This document shows, in pieces, positions 1 to 10,898 of a stretch of DNA of 64,000 nt. The translations under genes were made by a program, and so were the position numbers. The notes under the pieces were generated by a model. The model did no database searches. It saw nothing but the letters and a program-made list of their open reading frames with translations, and had not been told where the DNA came from. Source of the stretch: an uncultured delta proteobacterium (lineage in GTDB: Bacteria > Myxococcota > Myxococcia > Myxococcales > Myxococcaceae); NCBI GenBank assembly GCA_963713045.1, contig CAVQKE010000001.1:608001-672000 (forward strand), in the 5' to 3' direction. Position 1 is the first letter of the stretch; each line of letters begins with the position of its first letter.

Positions 1-1
1 C

Positions 2-1045
2 ATGGACGCCCGCCTCAAGCAGCTCCAAGGCGAGTGCTGTCTCATCCGTCGACTGCGGAAGGCGCAGCACCGCGGACCAGCCACCTTCCGCAGCCAGGAC
101 ATTCCACGGGGCATCCGCCGGACGGGCGGCCACCAGTACCCGACGGTTGTCTTCCAGCCGGACGGCCACCCGGTGACGCCATGCGGGCCCCAGCGCAAGC
201 AGACGCGGCAGGGCGTACTGCGTCGGTTCAGCCACCGACAGCAAGCTGTCCGCCAGCACTTCCAGCCTGGCCAGCGCCTCGTCCCGCAAGGGGGAGGCCC
301 CAGTCACCGCAGTCCAGGCGCATTTCAACTGCGGCAAGCCAACGGACTTGGACAGCCCTTCCAAGCTGAAGGTGAGGGCCTCTCCGTCCAGGGCCGCCGC
401 GGTGGAGGGGGCGCGGCCGCTGCGCACGAAATGGCCAAACACCTCGTCCACCACCAGGGCCCAATCGCTCGAGGCGCACAGCGAGTCCAGCGCCAACTGG
501 GAGTCGGGCGTCAGCACTTGGCCGGTGGGGTTGGCTGGGCTGACCACCAGCACCCCGCGGGTGTTCTCATCGGCCAGGGCCTCCAGCGTCTCGGTATCGA
601 AGCCAAAGCCCACTTCCAACTCCAGCGGGTAGCCGCGGAGCTCGACCGCCGCCGCGTCCGCCAGGAAGGACAGCAGCGGGTAGCCAGGCATCGGGATGAG
701 GAGGTTGTCGCCTGGGTCGCACAGCAGAGCAAATAGGAGCGCGTAGGCCTCGCTGGTCCCAGCGGTGAGAAGCATCTGGCTGGCCGAGAGGTGTGCGCCC
801 CGCGACGCCAGCTCGGCTGCCACTGCCTCTCGAGCCAATGGCACCCCAAAGGGCTCGGGCGCATAGCGGTCCATCGCGGCAGCGGCCAGCGCCTCGCGGA
901 CCTCCCGCTCCGGCTGGGCCAGCCCGACCTCGGTTGGGTTGGAGACGGTGAGGTCGACCACGTCCACGCCCCGGGCGCGCAGCATCTCGCGCCGCATGGC
1001 AAGAAGATTCGGCGTCCGGTCCCAGGCGGTGCGCGCGGAAAACAT
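2..1045 (-). CDS. PLP-dependent aminotransferase class I/II (3' end runs off the window)
   Basis: Manually translated frame from ATG 1045: MFSARTAWDRTPN...DLTVSNPT...TAGTSEAY...SPANPTG...DEVF...GLSKSVGLPQLK (PLP lysine motif); open to the window edge. Confidence 0.85.
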   Translation of the reverse strand, partial: MFSARTAWDRTPNLLAMRREMLRARGVDVVDLTVSNPTEVGLAQPEREVREALAAAAMDRYAPEPFGVPLAREAVAAELASRGAHLSASQMLLTAGTSEAYALLFALLCDPGDNLLIPMPGYPLLSFLADAAAVELRGYPLELEVGFGFDTETLEALADENTRGVLVVSPANPTGQVLTPDSQLALDSLCASSDWALVVDEVFGHFVRSGRAPSTAAALDGEALTFSLEGLSKSVGLPQLKCAWTAVTGASPLRDEALARLEVLADSLLSVAEPTQYALPRLLALGPAWRHRVAVRLEDNRRVLVAARPADAPWNVLAAEGGWSAVLRLPQSTDETALALELLEAGVH

Positions 1046-1101
1046 TCCCGCCCCTACGCTAGCGCCTGCGGCGGCCGGACGGTTGTGCAACGCTCTGTGG
1101 C

Positions 1102-1686
1102 GTGGTCGAGCCCGAACGCCTTCGCTGCCCCTGGCCGGGCCAGGACCCCCTCTACCTGGCCTACCATGACACCGAGTGGGGAGTGCCGGAGTGGGATGAC
1201 CGGGCCCTCTTCGAAAAGCTATTGCTTGACGGGTTTCAGGCCGGCCTGTCGTGGATTACCATCCTCCGCAAACGGGAAAACTTTCGAAGGGCCTTCGAAG
1301 GTTTCCACCCCGAACGCATCGCCCGCTGGGGACCGCCGCGCATTGAGGCGCTGATGGCCAATCCGGGCATCGTCCGCAACCGGGCCAAGCTCGAGGGAAG
1401 CGTCCGCAACGCGCGCAGCTACCTGGACCTTCAACAGCGACAGGGCAGCTTCGCCCGTTTCCTGTGGAGTTTTGTCGGTGGCGAGCCGAAGGTGAACCAC
1501 CGCCGGTCGATGCGACAGCTCCCCGCTGAGACTCCTCACAGTCGCGCCATGTCGCGGGCGCTGCGCCAGGCGGGCTTCACCTTCGTCGGGCCGACCATCT
1601 GCTACGCCTTCATGCAGGCCACCGGCATGGTGGATGACCATTGGGTGCACTGCTTTCGCCACAGCGACCAACTCGGCGGTTACTAG
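1102..1686 (+). CDS. tag: DNA-3-methyladenine glycosylase I
   Basis: RCPW...YHDTEWG...FQAGLSW...IVRNRAK...FVGPTICYAFMQATGMVDDH..C motifs. Confidence 0.95.
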   Translation: MVEPERLRCPWPGQDPLYLAYHDTEWGVPEWDDRALFEKLLLDGFQAGLSWITILRKRENFRRAFEGFHPERIARWGPPRIEALMANPGIVRNRAKLEGSVRNARSYLDLQQRQGSFARFLWSFVGGEPKVNHRRSMRQLPAETPHSRAMSRALRQAGFTFVGPTICYAFMQATGMVDDHWVHCFRHSDQLGGY

Positions 1687-1696
1687 CGAGCGGCCC

Positions 1697-2101
1697 TCAC
1701 GGCAATTGGGTCAGTCCGCGCAGCAAAAGCACGGTCATCAACAGCCCAACCAGCGCGGCACCGGTGCCAAGCGCATACACCAGGGCGCCGCTGGGCGCCG
1801 CTGCGTCGCCTCGCTCGATGGCGTGCCGAATGCGGCCGTAGCGAAAGACGGCCGCCAAGTTGGTCAGCATCCCCAGCGCGACGAGGAGGGTACCCACCCA
1901 CCCGGAGCCGAGACTTTGGAGGGCGTTCCGAGTGACGGCTCCAGTCGATACCAGTTCTCGGAGAAAGAGGCCAAATCGGGCGATGGCGAAGCCAAAACCC
2001 ATGAGCGCGATGCCGGTGCGAATCCAGGCAAGCATCGTGCGCTCGTTCGCTTGATGCAGCGAAATGAGCGACATCTGGGCGGTCGTTGCAGTGGGTGCCA
2101 T
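1697..2101 (-). CDS. DUF202/YidH family membrane protein
   Basis: ANERTMLAWIRT motif followed by 3 hydrophobic helices; start uncertain. Confidence 0.85.
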   Translation of the reverse strand: MAPTATTAQMSLISLHQANERTMLAWIRTGIALMGFGFAIARFGLFLRELVSTGAVTRNALQSLGSGWVGTLLVALGMLTNLAAVFRYGRIRHAIERGDAAAPSGALVYALGTGAALVGLLMTVLLLRGLTQLP

Positions 2102-2191
2102 GCCAGATGCTGCAAGACCCGGGAGCGCCGCAGAAGTCAAGGACAAGAAAGTGCTTGGCCCGGGCGCAACCGGCGCCCCCAGCGGCTGGCG

Positions 2192-2470
2192 CTAGAAGCC
2201 GGTCCGCAGCATGGTTTGGACGACGCGGCGGATGAGTTCCCGGCGGATTTCCCTGCGGCAGTAGTCCACGGCTGGCAGGGGTGGCTTGGGCAAATGGCTG
2301 GGGCGATTGCGCGCGGCGGTGCGCACCACCATGTCGACCTTGGACTGTTCAATGTGAAAGAGCCGCTGTCCGTCTTTCCTGAGGAAGTAGGAGAGGCCGC
2401 GGGCGTCGAGTAGCTTGAAGAAGAACCGCCTGGCGTCGGTGACGAGCGTGAGGTCGATGACGTCTGCCAT
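2192..2470 (-). CDS. hypothetical protein (92 aa)
   Basis: Clean ORF with GC3-biased codons and protein-like composition; no family recognised. Confidence 0.65.
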   Translation of the reverse strand: MADVIDLTLVTDARRFFFKLLDARGLSYFLRKDGQRLFHIEQSKVDMVVRTAARNRPSHLPKPPLPAVDYCRREIRRELIRRVVQTMLRTGF

Positions 2471-2635
2471 GTGGCAATGTTTGTCGCGTGGATCTCACGA
2501 CGCGTCCAATTCCCGCTCGCGCTCCACACCATGTCGCGCGCTACACCCACATAGCGGCGGCACTTTCCGCGTGAAGAATAGTTGCGCCGGCGCCGGGCTG
2601 GTGTTCACCCTGAGGGCGGAGGGAGTCCCGGGCCG

Positions 2636-3309
2636 TCAGCCCACCAACGGGCGAAGCTGGCTTCGGAAGGCGGCCCGCCGAGCCGCCGGGTCCGCGATGA
2701 AGGGCAGTGGACCCAGCACCTCCACTGCGTCACGGCGTTCCAGCCACCGGGGGTTGTCGCGAATGCTGGCATCCCGCGCGGCTGAGGTGCGTACCAGCAC
2801 CACCGCCCGGACCGTGAGGCGGCGGGCGCGGAGCGCGAGCACAGACAGGCCGGTGTGGTTCAGGGTTCCGAGTCCGGCCCGTGCGACCAAGACGACGGGG
2901 AGCCGCGTCGCTGCAATCAAGTCGATGACTTGGTGTCGCCGGTCGAGCGGGACGAGGAGTCCCCTGCGCCCTCCATCACCAGGGCTCGGCCCTGGAAGGC
3001 CCGAAAGGCCTTCAACGTCTCCGCCCAGGAGGGATTGAGTCCCAGCCGCTCTGCGGCGATGCCCGGCGCCAGGGGGGCCCGGAAGCGGTGCAGCGAAATT
3101 TTGCTCAGCGCGTCCTCGCTCCGAGCGGCCGCGCGGAGCGCCAGTGCGTCCTCGGGCCGCTCCACATCAGCGCACCCGCTCTCGTAGGGCTTGAGGGCAC
3201 CGGGGGCCAGGCCGGCGTCGGCCATCAGAGACAGCAGCGCCGCGGCGACTTCCGTCTTTCCGATGCCGGTGTCCGTCCCGGTGACGAAGTAGCGCGGGAG
3301 CTCCCTCAT
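2636..3309 (-). CDS. bioD: dethiobiotin synthase (1-nt frameshift near 2961-2964)
   Basis: [14 protein letters not shown]-loop, LKPYESG, VMEGAG then continues in another frame as GLLVPL...[11 protein letters not shown]; last gene of the bio operon. Confidence 0.9.
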
Positions 3310-4659
3310 GCCTCCGTCACCTCGACGATGGCACGATGGACGGCATCCCCCAGCAGGCGCGCTTCTTCCTCGGTCAGGGAGAGCGGCGGCATCAGGACCA
3401 CCACCGCCCCGAGGGGACGCAGCAGCACCCCGTGCTTGCGCGCCGCGAGACAGACGCGGTGGCCGATGCGCGCCGAGGCCGGGTACATGGCCTTGGTACG
3501 GCTGTCCTGCACCAACTCGATGCCCACCATCGCCCCCCGCTGGCGGACCTCCCCGACGTGGGGCAATTCGGCCACCTGGGCAAGCTTCGGAGCAAGCGCC
3601 GCCAGCGTGACTTGAAGACGCTCCAGCACGTGCTCGGTTTCGAAGAGTCGGAGGCTGGCCAAGGCTGCAGCGCAGGCCAGCGGGTTTCCGGTGAAGGTGT
3701 GCCCGTGAAAGAAGGTGCGCTGCGAGGCCGCGTCTCCGAGGAAAGCCTCGTGCACCCACTCGGTGGTCAGTGTGGCGGCGAGCGGCAAATAGCCACCACT
3801 CAAACCCTTGGCCAAGCACAGGAAGTCCGGACGCACCTGCTCCTGTTCCACGGCGAAGAGGGTGCCGGTGCGTCCGAAGCCAGTGGCCACCTCGTCGCAG
3901 ATGAGCAGCACCTGGTGCTTTCGACAAAGCTCCTCGAGGCGGCGAAGGAAGCCGGGGGGCTGGGTCAACATCCCGGCGGCGCCTTGCACCAGCGGCTCCA
4001 CCACCAGCGCAGCCAGCTGTTGGCCTTTCTCTTGGAAGAGCCGTTCGGCGGCAGCCAGGCAGGCCTGAGCGCAGTCGCCGGAGCCGGTCCACCGGTAGGC
4101 GTATGGGGTGGGGATGCGCTCGGCTTGAAACAGCAGCCCGCGGAAGGTGCCATGGAAGAGTTCCATCCCCCCCAAACTGACGCTGCCCACCGTGTCGCCG
4201 TGGTAGGCCTCCTGCAGTGCCACGAAGCGGGCCTTCTCCGGCCGGCCTCGCTGCCGCCAGCACTGGTAGGCCATCTTCAGCGCGACTTCCACCGCGGTGC
4301 TTCCGGAGTCCGAGAAGAAGACGCGACTGAGGCCCGCCGGAGCGAGGCGGACCAGCTCGGCGGCCAACTCGATGGAAGGGACCGAGGCCAGTCCCAACAG
4401 CGTGGTGTGCGCCACCCGAGCCAACTGGTCCGCGCACGGCGTCGTCCAATTCCCGCTTCCGGTGGCCGTGGACGTTGCACCAGAGCGAGGAGACCCCGTC
4501 CAGGTAGCGGCGCCCGAGGTCATCGAAGAGGTAGTTGCCCTCCGCCCGCTCGATGAGGAGGGGCTCGTCCTTGGCCCAGTCCTGCATTTGGGTAAAGGGG
4601 TGCCAGACGTGCGCCCGGTCCAACCGGACCAGCCGTTCATGCCGCGACGAGGAGTCCAT
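3306..4659 (-). CDS. bioA: adenosylmethionine-8-amino-7-oxononanoate transaminase (1-nt frameshift near 4430)
   Basis: VWHPFTQM...[13 protein letters not shown] in one frame; [12 protein letters not shown]...YHGDT...[11 protein letters not shown]...AKGLSGGY...HGHTFTGNP in the next. Confidence 0.92.
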
Positions 4660-5818
4660 GAGCCTTCAGTGCCTCGAGTCCGTCGAGCGCCTGTTGGAGA
4701 TGGGCCGGCGTGTGCGCGGCGGAGAGCGCAAACCGGAGCCGGCTGGTGCCGGGGGGAACGGTCGGTGGCCGGATGGGCTTCACCAACAGTCCTCGCTTCC
4801 GGAGAAACGCCGCCGCCGCCACCGCCCGCTCCGCGGAGCCGAGCAGCACCGGGAAAATGGCGGACACCGCCTGCACCGGGTGGCCGAGCGCCGACAGGCC
4901 TTCGGCGAACCGATGGATGTTGCGCCACAGTCGGGCGCGCAGCGCTGCGCCCTGTTCCACCAGGTCCACCGCCGCCTGCGCCGCCGCGCACGTCGCCGCG
5001 GGAAGCGCGGTGGAAAACACCAGGGAGCGCGCCCGATTCCTCAGCAACTCGGCCACCGCGGTGCTGGTCGCGGCGTAGGCGCCGAAGCAGCCGAGGGCCT
5101 TGCCCAGGGTGCCCATCCGCACGTCCACCGCGGCGCTGATACCGAGCGCCTCGCACAGGCCCGCTCCGCGGCGGCCGTGGACGCCGGTGGCGTGGGCCTC
5201 GTCGACCAGAAGCGCCGCGCCGGCGCGGCGGCAGACGTCCACCAGTTGGACCAGCGGCGCCACGTCTCCGTCCATGGAGAAGACGCTGTCCGTCACCACC
5301 AGCTTGCGGCGCGCCGGGGTACCGGCCAGAAGCGCGGCCAGTGCTTCGACGCCAAGGTGCGGGTAAACGCAGATCCGGGCACGGGCCAGCCGGCAGCCGT
5401 CCACCAAGCTCGCGTGGTTCAGCGCATCGGAGAAGACGGCGTCCTGGTTGCCCACCAACGCCGGTACCAGCCCGAGGTTGGCCGCGTAACCACCGTTGAA
5501 GAGGAGCACCGCTTCCGCCTCCTCGAAGCGCTGCAGTCGTTCCTCCAGTGCGTGATGGGCCAGGGTGTCGCCCACCACCAGGCGCGAAGCGCCGCTGCCC
5601 AATCCCCAGCGGCCCAGGGCAACCCGGGCGGCGGCCACCACCGCTGGGTGCGCTGCGAGGCCGAGGTAGTCGTTGGAGGAGAAATTGATGAATTCTTCGG
5701 TGCCTAGCCGCACCACCGGCCCCTGCGGGGAGGCGAGCGGTTCAAGCGAGCGCAACAGCCCGGTCGATGCCAAGCCGGCCAGCTCTTCTTCCGCCCAACC
5801 GCTGGCGACGCTGCTCAT
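4637..5818 (-). CDS. bioF: 8-amino-7-oxononanoate synthase
   Basis: [49 protein letters not shown]. Confidence 0.95.
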   Translation of the reverse strand: MSSVASGWAEEELAGLASTGLLRSLEPLASPQGPVVRLGTEEFINFSSNDYLGLAAHPAVVAAARVALGRWGLGSGASRLVVGDTLAHHALEERLQRFEEAEAVLLFNGGYAANLGLVPALVGNQDAVFSDALNHASLVDGCRLARARICVYPHLGVEALAALLAGTPARRKLVVTDSVFSMDGDVAPLVQLVDVCRRAGAALLVDEAHATGVHGRRGAGLCEALGISAAVDVRMGTLGKALGCFGAYAATSTAVAELLRNRARSLVFSTALPAATCAAAQAAVDLVEQGAALRARLWRNIHRFAEGLSALGHPVQAVSAIFPVLLGSAERAVAAAAFLRKRGLLVKPIRPPTVPPGTSRLRFALSAAHTPAHLQQALDGLEALKAHGLLVAA

Positions 5819-6825
5819 CGCCCCGCGTTCGGCTCGAGCGGCTGGACCCCGGCCGAGGCGAGCAGTGCCATGTCCTCGGCGTACTCGGGGTTCCCGGTGG
5901 TGAGCAGCTTTTCGCCGAAGAAGAGCGAGTTGGCCCCAGCCATCATGCACAGTAGCTGCGCCTCGCGGCTCATCGACAGCCGTCCGGCCGACAGTCGCAC
6001 CATCGCCAGCGGCATGAGAAGCCGGGCGGTGGCAATGGCGCGGACCATCTCCACCGGCTCCACCGGCCGCTGGTGTTCCAGTGGGGTCCCCGGCACGGCC
6101 ACCAGGGCGTTGATGGGCACCGACTCCGGGTGGGTGGGCTGGTTGGCCAAGGTAAGGAGCAGCTCGCACCGGTCGTCCACGGACTCACCCATTCCAAGAA
6201 TGCCGCCGGAACAGACGTTGATGCCTGCGGCGCGCACGTGGCGCAGCGTCTGCAGGCGGTCCTGGTAGGTTCGCGTGGAAATAATCTCTTTGTAGAAGTC
6301 GGCCGAGGTGTCCAGGTTGTGGTTGTAGGCGGTGAGGCCAGCTTCGGCGAGGCGCTGGGCCTGGGACTGGCTCAGCATCCCCAGAGTGCAGCAAGCCTCC
6401 ATCCCCAGCGCGCGCACGCCCCGCACCATGCCCAGCACCTGCTCGAATTGCGGGCCGTCCTTCACCTCTCGCCAGGCCGCGCCCATGCAAAAGCGTGTCG
6501 CTCCGGCGGCGCGCGCGACAGAGGCGGCTTCGAGGACGTCCGACTCGGACAGCAACTTCTCCGCGGCGACGCCGGTGTGGTAGCGGGCAGCCTGCGGGCA
6601 ATAGGCGCAGTCCTCCGGACAGCCGCCGGTTTTGATGGACAGCAAGGAACAGAGTTGAACCCGGTGCTCTCCGAAGACGGCCCGGTGCAGCGTCTGTGCA
6701 CGGTAGAGGAGTTCGAGCAGCGGGAGGTCGTGCAGCGCACGGACTTCGGCCAGCGTCCAGTCGTGCCGGAGCCGGACGTCGTCCGGCGACGGGCTGGGGG
6801 AGGAAGCAGGCGCGGGAAGGGACAC
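5815..6825 (-). CDS. bioB: biotin synthase (radical SAM)
   Basis: [14 protein letters not shown]xxxCxx[28 protein letters not shown]. Confidence 0.97.
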   Translation of the reverse strand: MSLPAPASSPSPSPDDVRLRHDWTLAEVRALHDLPLLELLYRAQTLHRAVFGEHRVQLCSLLSIKTGGCPEDCAYCPQAARYHTGVAAEKLLSESDVLEAASVARAAGATRFCMGAAWREVKDGPQFEQVLGMVRGVRALGMEACCTLGMLSQSQAQRLAEAGLTAYNHNLDTSADFYKEIISTRTYQDRLQTLRHVRAAGINVCSGGILGMGESVDDRCELLLTLANQPTHPESVPINALVAVPGTPLEHQRPVEPVEMVRAIATARLLMPLAMVRLSAGRLSMSREAQLLCMMAGANSLFFGEKLLTTGNPEYAEDMALLASAGVQPLEPNAGR

Positions 6826-6885
6826 GGGGAGTCGGGGGACCTTTCTGACTTGCCAGTTTGGGACGCTCGACCAGCGGCCCCTGGC

Positions 6886-6917
6886 TTGTCAACCTCTCGT
6901 CACAAGGCGGTTGACGA
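6886..6917. promoter_or_regulatory. BirA (biotin repressor) operator
   Basis: Inverted repeat TTGTCAACC-N14-GGTTGACGA about 60 bp upstream of bioB; fits the TGT(C/A)AACC-N14/15-GGTT(G/T)ACA BirA box. Confidence 0.85.
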
Positions 6918-6965
6918 GCGGGCTGGCAGGCCATCAACGCCAGGACAGGCCTCCAGCACGGCGCC

Positions 6966-7457
6966 TCACTCGCAGTGCAGTTTGGTGCGGGCGTTCAGCT
7001 CACGGCCCCAACCGAGGCAGGTGCGAACGCCGGACTGACTGCCCTGGAATTGACGGCAGGGCTTCACCCGGTAGCGGAGCAGCGTGGGTCGCCCGCTTGC
7101 CCCTTCGACGTCGACTGCCGGCGGACTGCCCTCGTGGTCCGCCCGGACGAAGGCGCCTCCATCCGCAGGGAAGGCGCCGGTGAAGCTCCAGCCCTGGCCG
7201 CCGGTACGTCCGCGAAACGCCCAGCCCGCATCAAGACGTTGCACCGTCTCAAACTGGGGGTCCGTGGGCCAAGGAAATTCCTGCCAGCTGTAGCGGTTTT
7301 CCGGGTCGAGCGTGCCGTCCTCGTGCAGCGCAACCATGGGCATCGAGGTGATGCCGATGCTTGTTCCGTCGAAGATGCAGAGGCGAGGGCCGCGCTGACA
7401 TGCGCCGGCGAGCGCCAGCGCGAGCATCAACGTGACCAGCCGAAACGAAGAAGGCAC
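6966..7457 (-). CDS. hypothetical lipoprotein
   Basis: Signal peptide/lipobox LALAGAC; four further Cys; GTG start at 7457 inferred. Confidence 0.55.
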   Translation of the reverse strand: MPSSFRLVTLMLALALAGACQRGPRLCIFDGTSIGITSMPMVALHEDGTLDPENRYSWQEFPWPTDPQFETVQRLDAGWAFRGRTGGQGWSFTGAFPADGGAFVRADHEGSPPAVDVEGASGRPTLLRYRVKPCRQFQGSQSGVRTCLGWGRELNARTKLHCE

Positions 7458-7706
7458 AGGGTGCGGAGGGTACTTGAGAAGAGCCGCCCCGGGGACGCCG
7501 CCCTGGGGGCCCGCCCGCCGGCGGACGCTACCGACGGCTGGCGCGGTGAGGCGGCAACTGTCCGGTGTTTCGACAGGCCGTCCAAGCGACCCTCCCGAGT
7601 CCAGCTGCTGTCGTCTCCTCAGCTCGAGCCCTCCATCCTGACGTTCCTTGCAGGGAGCCTCGGCTAAGCTCCAAGGCGCGTCCCCCCCTCCCGTCAGGAC
7701 ATCGGC

Positions 7707-9320
7707 ATGTCGCTGCTTGGCCTTCCCTGGTGGACGTCGGTGGCCCTTCTCGGGCAACTGGCGACACCTGCGCCTCCCCCACTGCTGGACAACCTGGGCA
7801 CCTACCATCGGCCCATCTCTTCGCCTTCGCAGCAAGCGCAGGCGTATTTTGACCAGGGCCTCCGGCTTCTCTACGCCTTCAACCACGAGGCGGCCCAAGC
7901 GGCGTTTGAGGAGGCAGCCCGTCGCGACCCTGGCTGCGCCATCTGTTTTTGGGGAGCCGCCTTAAGCCTCGGGCCCAACATCAACCTTCCCGCCCTTCCT
8001 GAGCGTGCCGAGGCCGCCTGGACACTTCTTCAGAAGGCTGTGGCGCTCGCCCCGACAGCCAGTCCGGTGGAGCGTGCGCTGGTGGAAGCGCTCGCGCACC
8101 GTTACGCCCATCCGGCCCCCACCGACGCCCAAGCCCAGCATGCACTGGATGCGGCTTATGCCCGGGCCATGCGCCTCGTCGCACAGCGCTTCCCGAAGGA
8201 CCCTGAGGTGCGCACCCTCTTCGCCGAAGCGATGATGGACTTGCGGCCGTGGGACCTCTGGAACGCCGAGGGCAAGCCGCAGCCGGGCACGTTGGAATTG
8301 CTTGCCAGTCTGGAAGGCGTCCTCCGGGATTACCCAGACCATCCCGGCGCAAACCACTACTTCATCCATGCGGTCGAAGCCTCCCCCCATCCCGAGCGCG
8401 GGCTCGCGTCGGCCGAGCGGCTGAAGACGCTCGAGCCGGGGGCCGGCCACCTGGTGCACATGCCCAGCCACATCTACATCCGCACCGGCCGGTACGAGGA
8501 GAGCTCGGAGGCCAACCGGCGGGCCATCGCCGCGGACGCGGCCGCACCTGCGCCCGCCCCCATCTACACCATGTACGTCGCCCACAACTTCCATTTCCTG
8601 TGGGCGTCGACCTTGATGGAGGGCCGCAGCGCAGAATCCCTCCAGGCGGCGCGCGACATGCTGCGACGCCTTCCGCTGCAAATGCTGAAGGAGATGGGGG
8701 GATTCGACTTCGCGCTCGCCCTCCCGGTGGTGGGCCTGGCGCGCTTCGGCCGCTGGAAGGAGATTCTGGAAGAGCCGATGCCCGACGCGGATTTTCCAAT
8801 TGCACAGGCGTTGTGGCATGGCGAGCGCGGCCTCGCCTTGGTGCGAACCGGGGACCTCGACAGCGCTGGCAAGGAGCTCGCCGCGCTCGACGCCATCCAT
8901 CGCCAAACACCGGCCGAGGCCAGAGTTGTCGAGAATTCCGCGCGCGACGTGCTTGCCATCGCTTCGGACGTCCTCGGCGCAGAGCTGGCCCTGGCCAAGG
9001 GCAACCTTCCGTCGGCGCTCCAGCACTTCAATCGGGCGGTGGCCGGTGAAGATGCGCTCCGCTACGACGAGCCCCCCGACTGGGGCTACCCTGTCCGGCA
9101 CCAACTGGGCGCAGCCCTTCTTTCCGCCGGCCGCCCGAAGGAGGCCGAAGCGGTGTACCGCGCAGACCTACAACGCCACCCGCGCAACGGCTGGGCCCTG
9201 TACGGGCTGGCGCAGAGTCTCGAGGCACAGGGGAAAACGCAGGCCGCGGCCGCAGCGCGCCATGACTTTGACGATGCTTGGAAGCGGGCCGACGTCCAAC
9301 TCCACGCGTCGGCCTTCTAG
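7707..9320 (+). CDS. exported TPR-repeat protein
   Basis: Signal peptide; YFDQGL..YAFNH.EA, HPGANHYFIH, GHLVHMPSHIY, HPRNGWALYGL patterns. Confidence 0.85.
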   Translation: MSLLGLPWWTSVALLGQLATPAPPPLLDNLGTYHRPISSPSQQAQAYFDQGLRLLYAFNHEAAQAAFEEAARRDPGCAICFWGAALSLGPNINLPALPERAEAAWTLLQKAVALAPTASPVERALVEALAHRYAHPAPTDAQAQHALDAAYARAMRLVAQRFPKDPEVRTLFAEAMMDLRPWDLWNAEGKPQPGTLELLASLEGVLRDYPDHPGANHYFIHAVEASPHPERGLASAERLKTLEPGAGHLVHMPSHIYIRTGRYEESSEANRRAIAADAAAPAPAPIYTMYVAHNFHFLWASTLMEGRSAESLQAARDMLRRLPLQMLKEMGGFDFALALPVVGLARFGRWKEILEEPMPDADFPIAQALWHGERGLALVRTGDLDSAGKELAALDAIHRQTPAEARVVENSARDVLAIASDVLGAELALAKGNLPSALQHFNRAVAGEDALRYDEPPDWGYPVRHQLGAALLSAGRPKEAEAVYRADLQRHPRNGWALYGLAQSLEAQGKTQAAAAARHDFDDAWKRADVQLHASAF

Positions 9321-9388
9321 GACTTAGACAGGCCACCCGTCCGGGCCCGGCGCCGTTCCGTCAGGGGCGCCCGCTAGGAGAGTGGGCG

Positions 9389-10786
9389 GTGGCAAAACAG
9401 CGCACGCACTTCTCCTGTCAGGCCTGCGGCTTTCAAGCGCCGAAGTGGCTCGGCCGGTGCACGGACTGCGGAGGATGGAACACCCTGGTCGAGGAGGCCG
9501 CACCCGCCGCCCACGAACGGGCGGCCTGGGGTGCTTCCGGGGGGGCAACTCGGCCGGTGCGGCTGGTGGACGTGGAGAGCGAGGCCGAGCCCCGGCGCGG
9601 CACCGGGCTGGCCGAGCTGGACCGCGTCCTCGGAGGGGGCGTGGTGCCAGGCTCCCTGGTGTTGCTGGGGGGAGACCCGGGCATTGGGAAGTCCACCCTT
9701 CTGCTGCAGGCAGTGGAGCACCTCGCCGCCAACGGACCGGTCCTCTACGTCTCGGGCGAGGAATCCGTCCGCCAGACCAAGCTGCGAGCCGAACGACTGG
9801 GCGTCCATGCCCCGGCGCTTCATCTCTTTGCGGAAACGGACGCAGACAAGGTGTTGGCTTGCGCGGAGGCCCTCAGGCCCCTGGCCTTGGTGGTGGACTC
9901 CATTCAAACCATGTACCTGGCCGAGCTCGGCAGTGCCCCTGGCACGCTGAGCCAGGTGCGCGAGGTGGCCGGCCGCCTGATGGCCTATGCCAAGCGCTCC
10001 GCCGTCCCGACGTTCCTCATCGGGCACGTCACCAAGGACGGAAGCATCGCTGGGCCGCGGGTGCTGGAGCACATGGTGGACACCGTCCTGTACTTTGAGG
10101 GCGAGCGCGGCCACCCGTTTCGCATCCTCCGGGCTCACAAGAACCGCTTCGGCAGCACCGATGAGATTGGCGTCTTCGAGATGAAGGGCTCGGGCCTCAC
10201 CGAGGTGGCCGACCCCTCGGCGCTCTTCCTCGCGGAAAGGCCCGCTGGGCAAGCCGGCTCCGCGGTGACTGCCACCCTCTCCGGCAGCCGACCCCTGCTG
10301 GTGGAAGTGCAAGCCCTGGTTGCCCTCACCGGCTACGGGACCGCGCGGCGCACCGCGATTGGCGTGGACACCAACCGCGTGGCGCTGCTCGCCGCCGTCC
10401 TGGAGAAGAAAGAAGACGTGCAGCTCACCGGGTGCGACCTCTTCGTCAACGTGGCAGGCGGGTTGACGCTGTCTGAGCCTGCTGCGGATTTGGCGGTCTG
10501 CGCCGCCCTGGTGTCGTCGCTGCGGAACCTCCCCCTCGACGCGCATACCCTGGTGCTGGGCGAGGTGGGGCTGGCCGGGGAAGTGCGCGCCGTCGCTCAG
10601 CCCGAACCTCGTCTCGCAGAAGCCGCCAAACGCGGCTTCACCCGGGTGGTGCTTCCCGCGGCAACGGCCCGACGGCTGGAGACCCGCCGGTTGGAGGTGG
10701 TGGCAGTGGAGACGCTGGGCCAGGCCCTCGAGGCACTCTTCGGCGAGCCAGCCTTGCCGCGCCTCGCGGCGACGTCCCGCGGCTGA
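9389..10786 (+). CDS. radA: DNA repair protein RadA/Sms
   Basis: CxxC...CxxC Zn finger, GDPGIGKST, KNRFG motif, Lon-like C-terminus; GTG start after AGGAG. Confidence 0.97.
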   Translation: MAKQRTHFSCQACGFQAPKWLGRCTDCGGWNTLVEEAAPAAHERAAWGASGGATRPVRLVDVESEAEPRRGTGLAELDRVLGGGVVPGSLVLLGGDPGIGKSTLLLQAVEHLAANGPVLYVSGEESVRQTKLRAERLGVHAPALHLFAETDADKVLACAEALRPLALVVDSIQTMYLAELGSAPGTLSQVREVAGRLMAYAKRSAVPTFLIGHVTKDGSIAGPRVLEHMVDTVLYFEGERGHPFRILRAHKNRFGSTDEIGVFEMKGSGLTEVADPSALFLAERPAGQAGSAVTATLSGSRPLLVEVQALVALTGYGTARRTAIGVDTNRVALLAAVLEKKEDVQLTGCDLFVNVAGGLTLSEPAADLAVCAALVSSLRNLPLDAHTLVLGEVGLAGEVRAVAQPEPRLAEAAKRGFTRVVLPAATARRLETRRLEVVAVETLGQALEALFGEPALPRLAATSRG

Positions 10787-10898
10787 ACAGCGAGGCCGTC
10801 TGGAGGCGGTGGACGACAACCGGCTCCCGTCGGCTGAGCGGCCTGAGGGGCCGCGGCGGTGAGCATTGAGGACTTCCGGAAGTTAAGAAAGACGTCCC

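Noticed and set aside
2917..6169. Apparent bioA-bioD fusion and long N-terminal extensions in the ORF track
   Set aside because: Artefacts of frameshifts and GC-rich open frames; separate overlapping start codons exist
6900..6968. Possible Sec read-through at ...LHCE-TGA of the hypothetical lipoprotein
   Set aside because: The extension is short, unrecognisable and runs into the BirA operator; the four Cys already pair up
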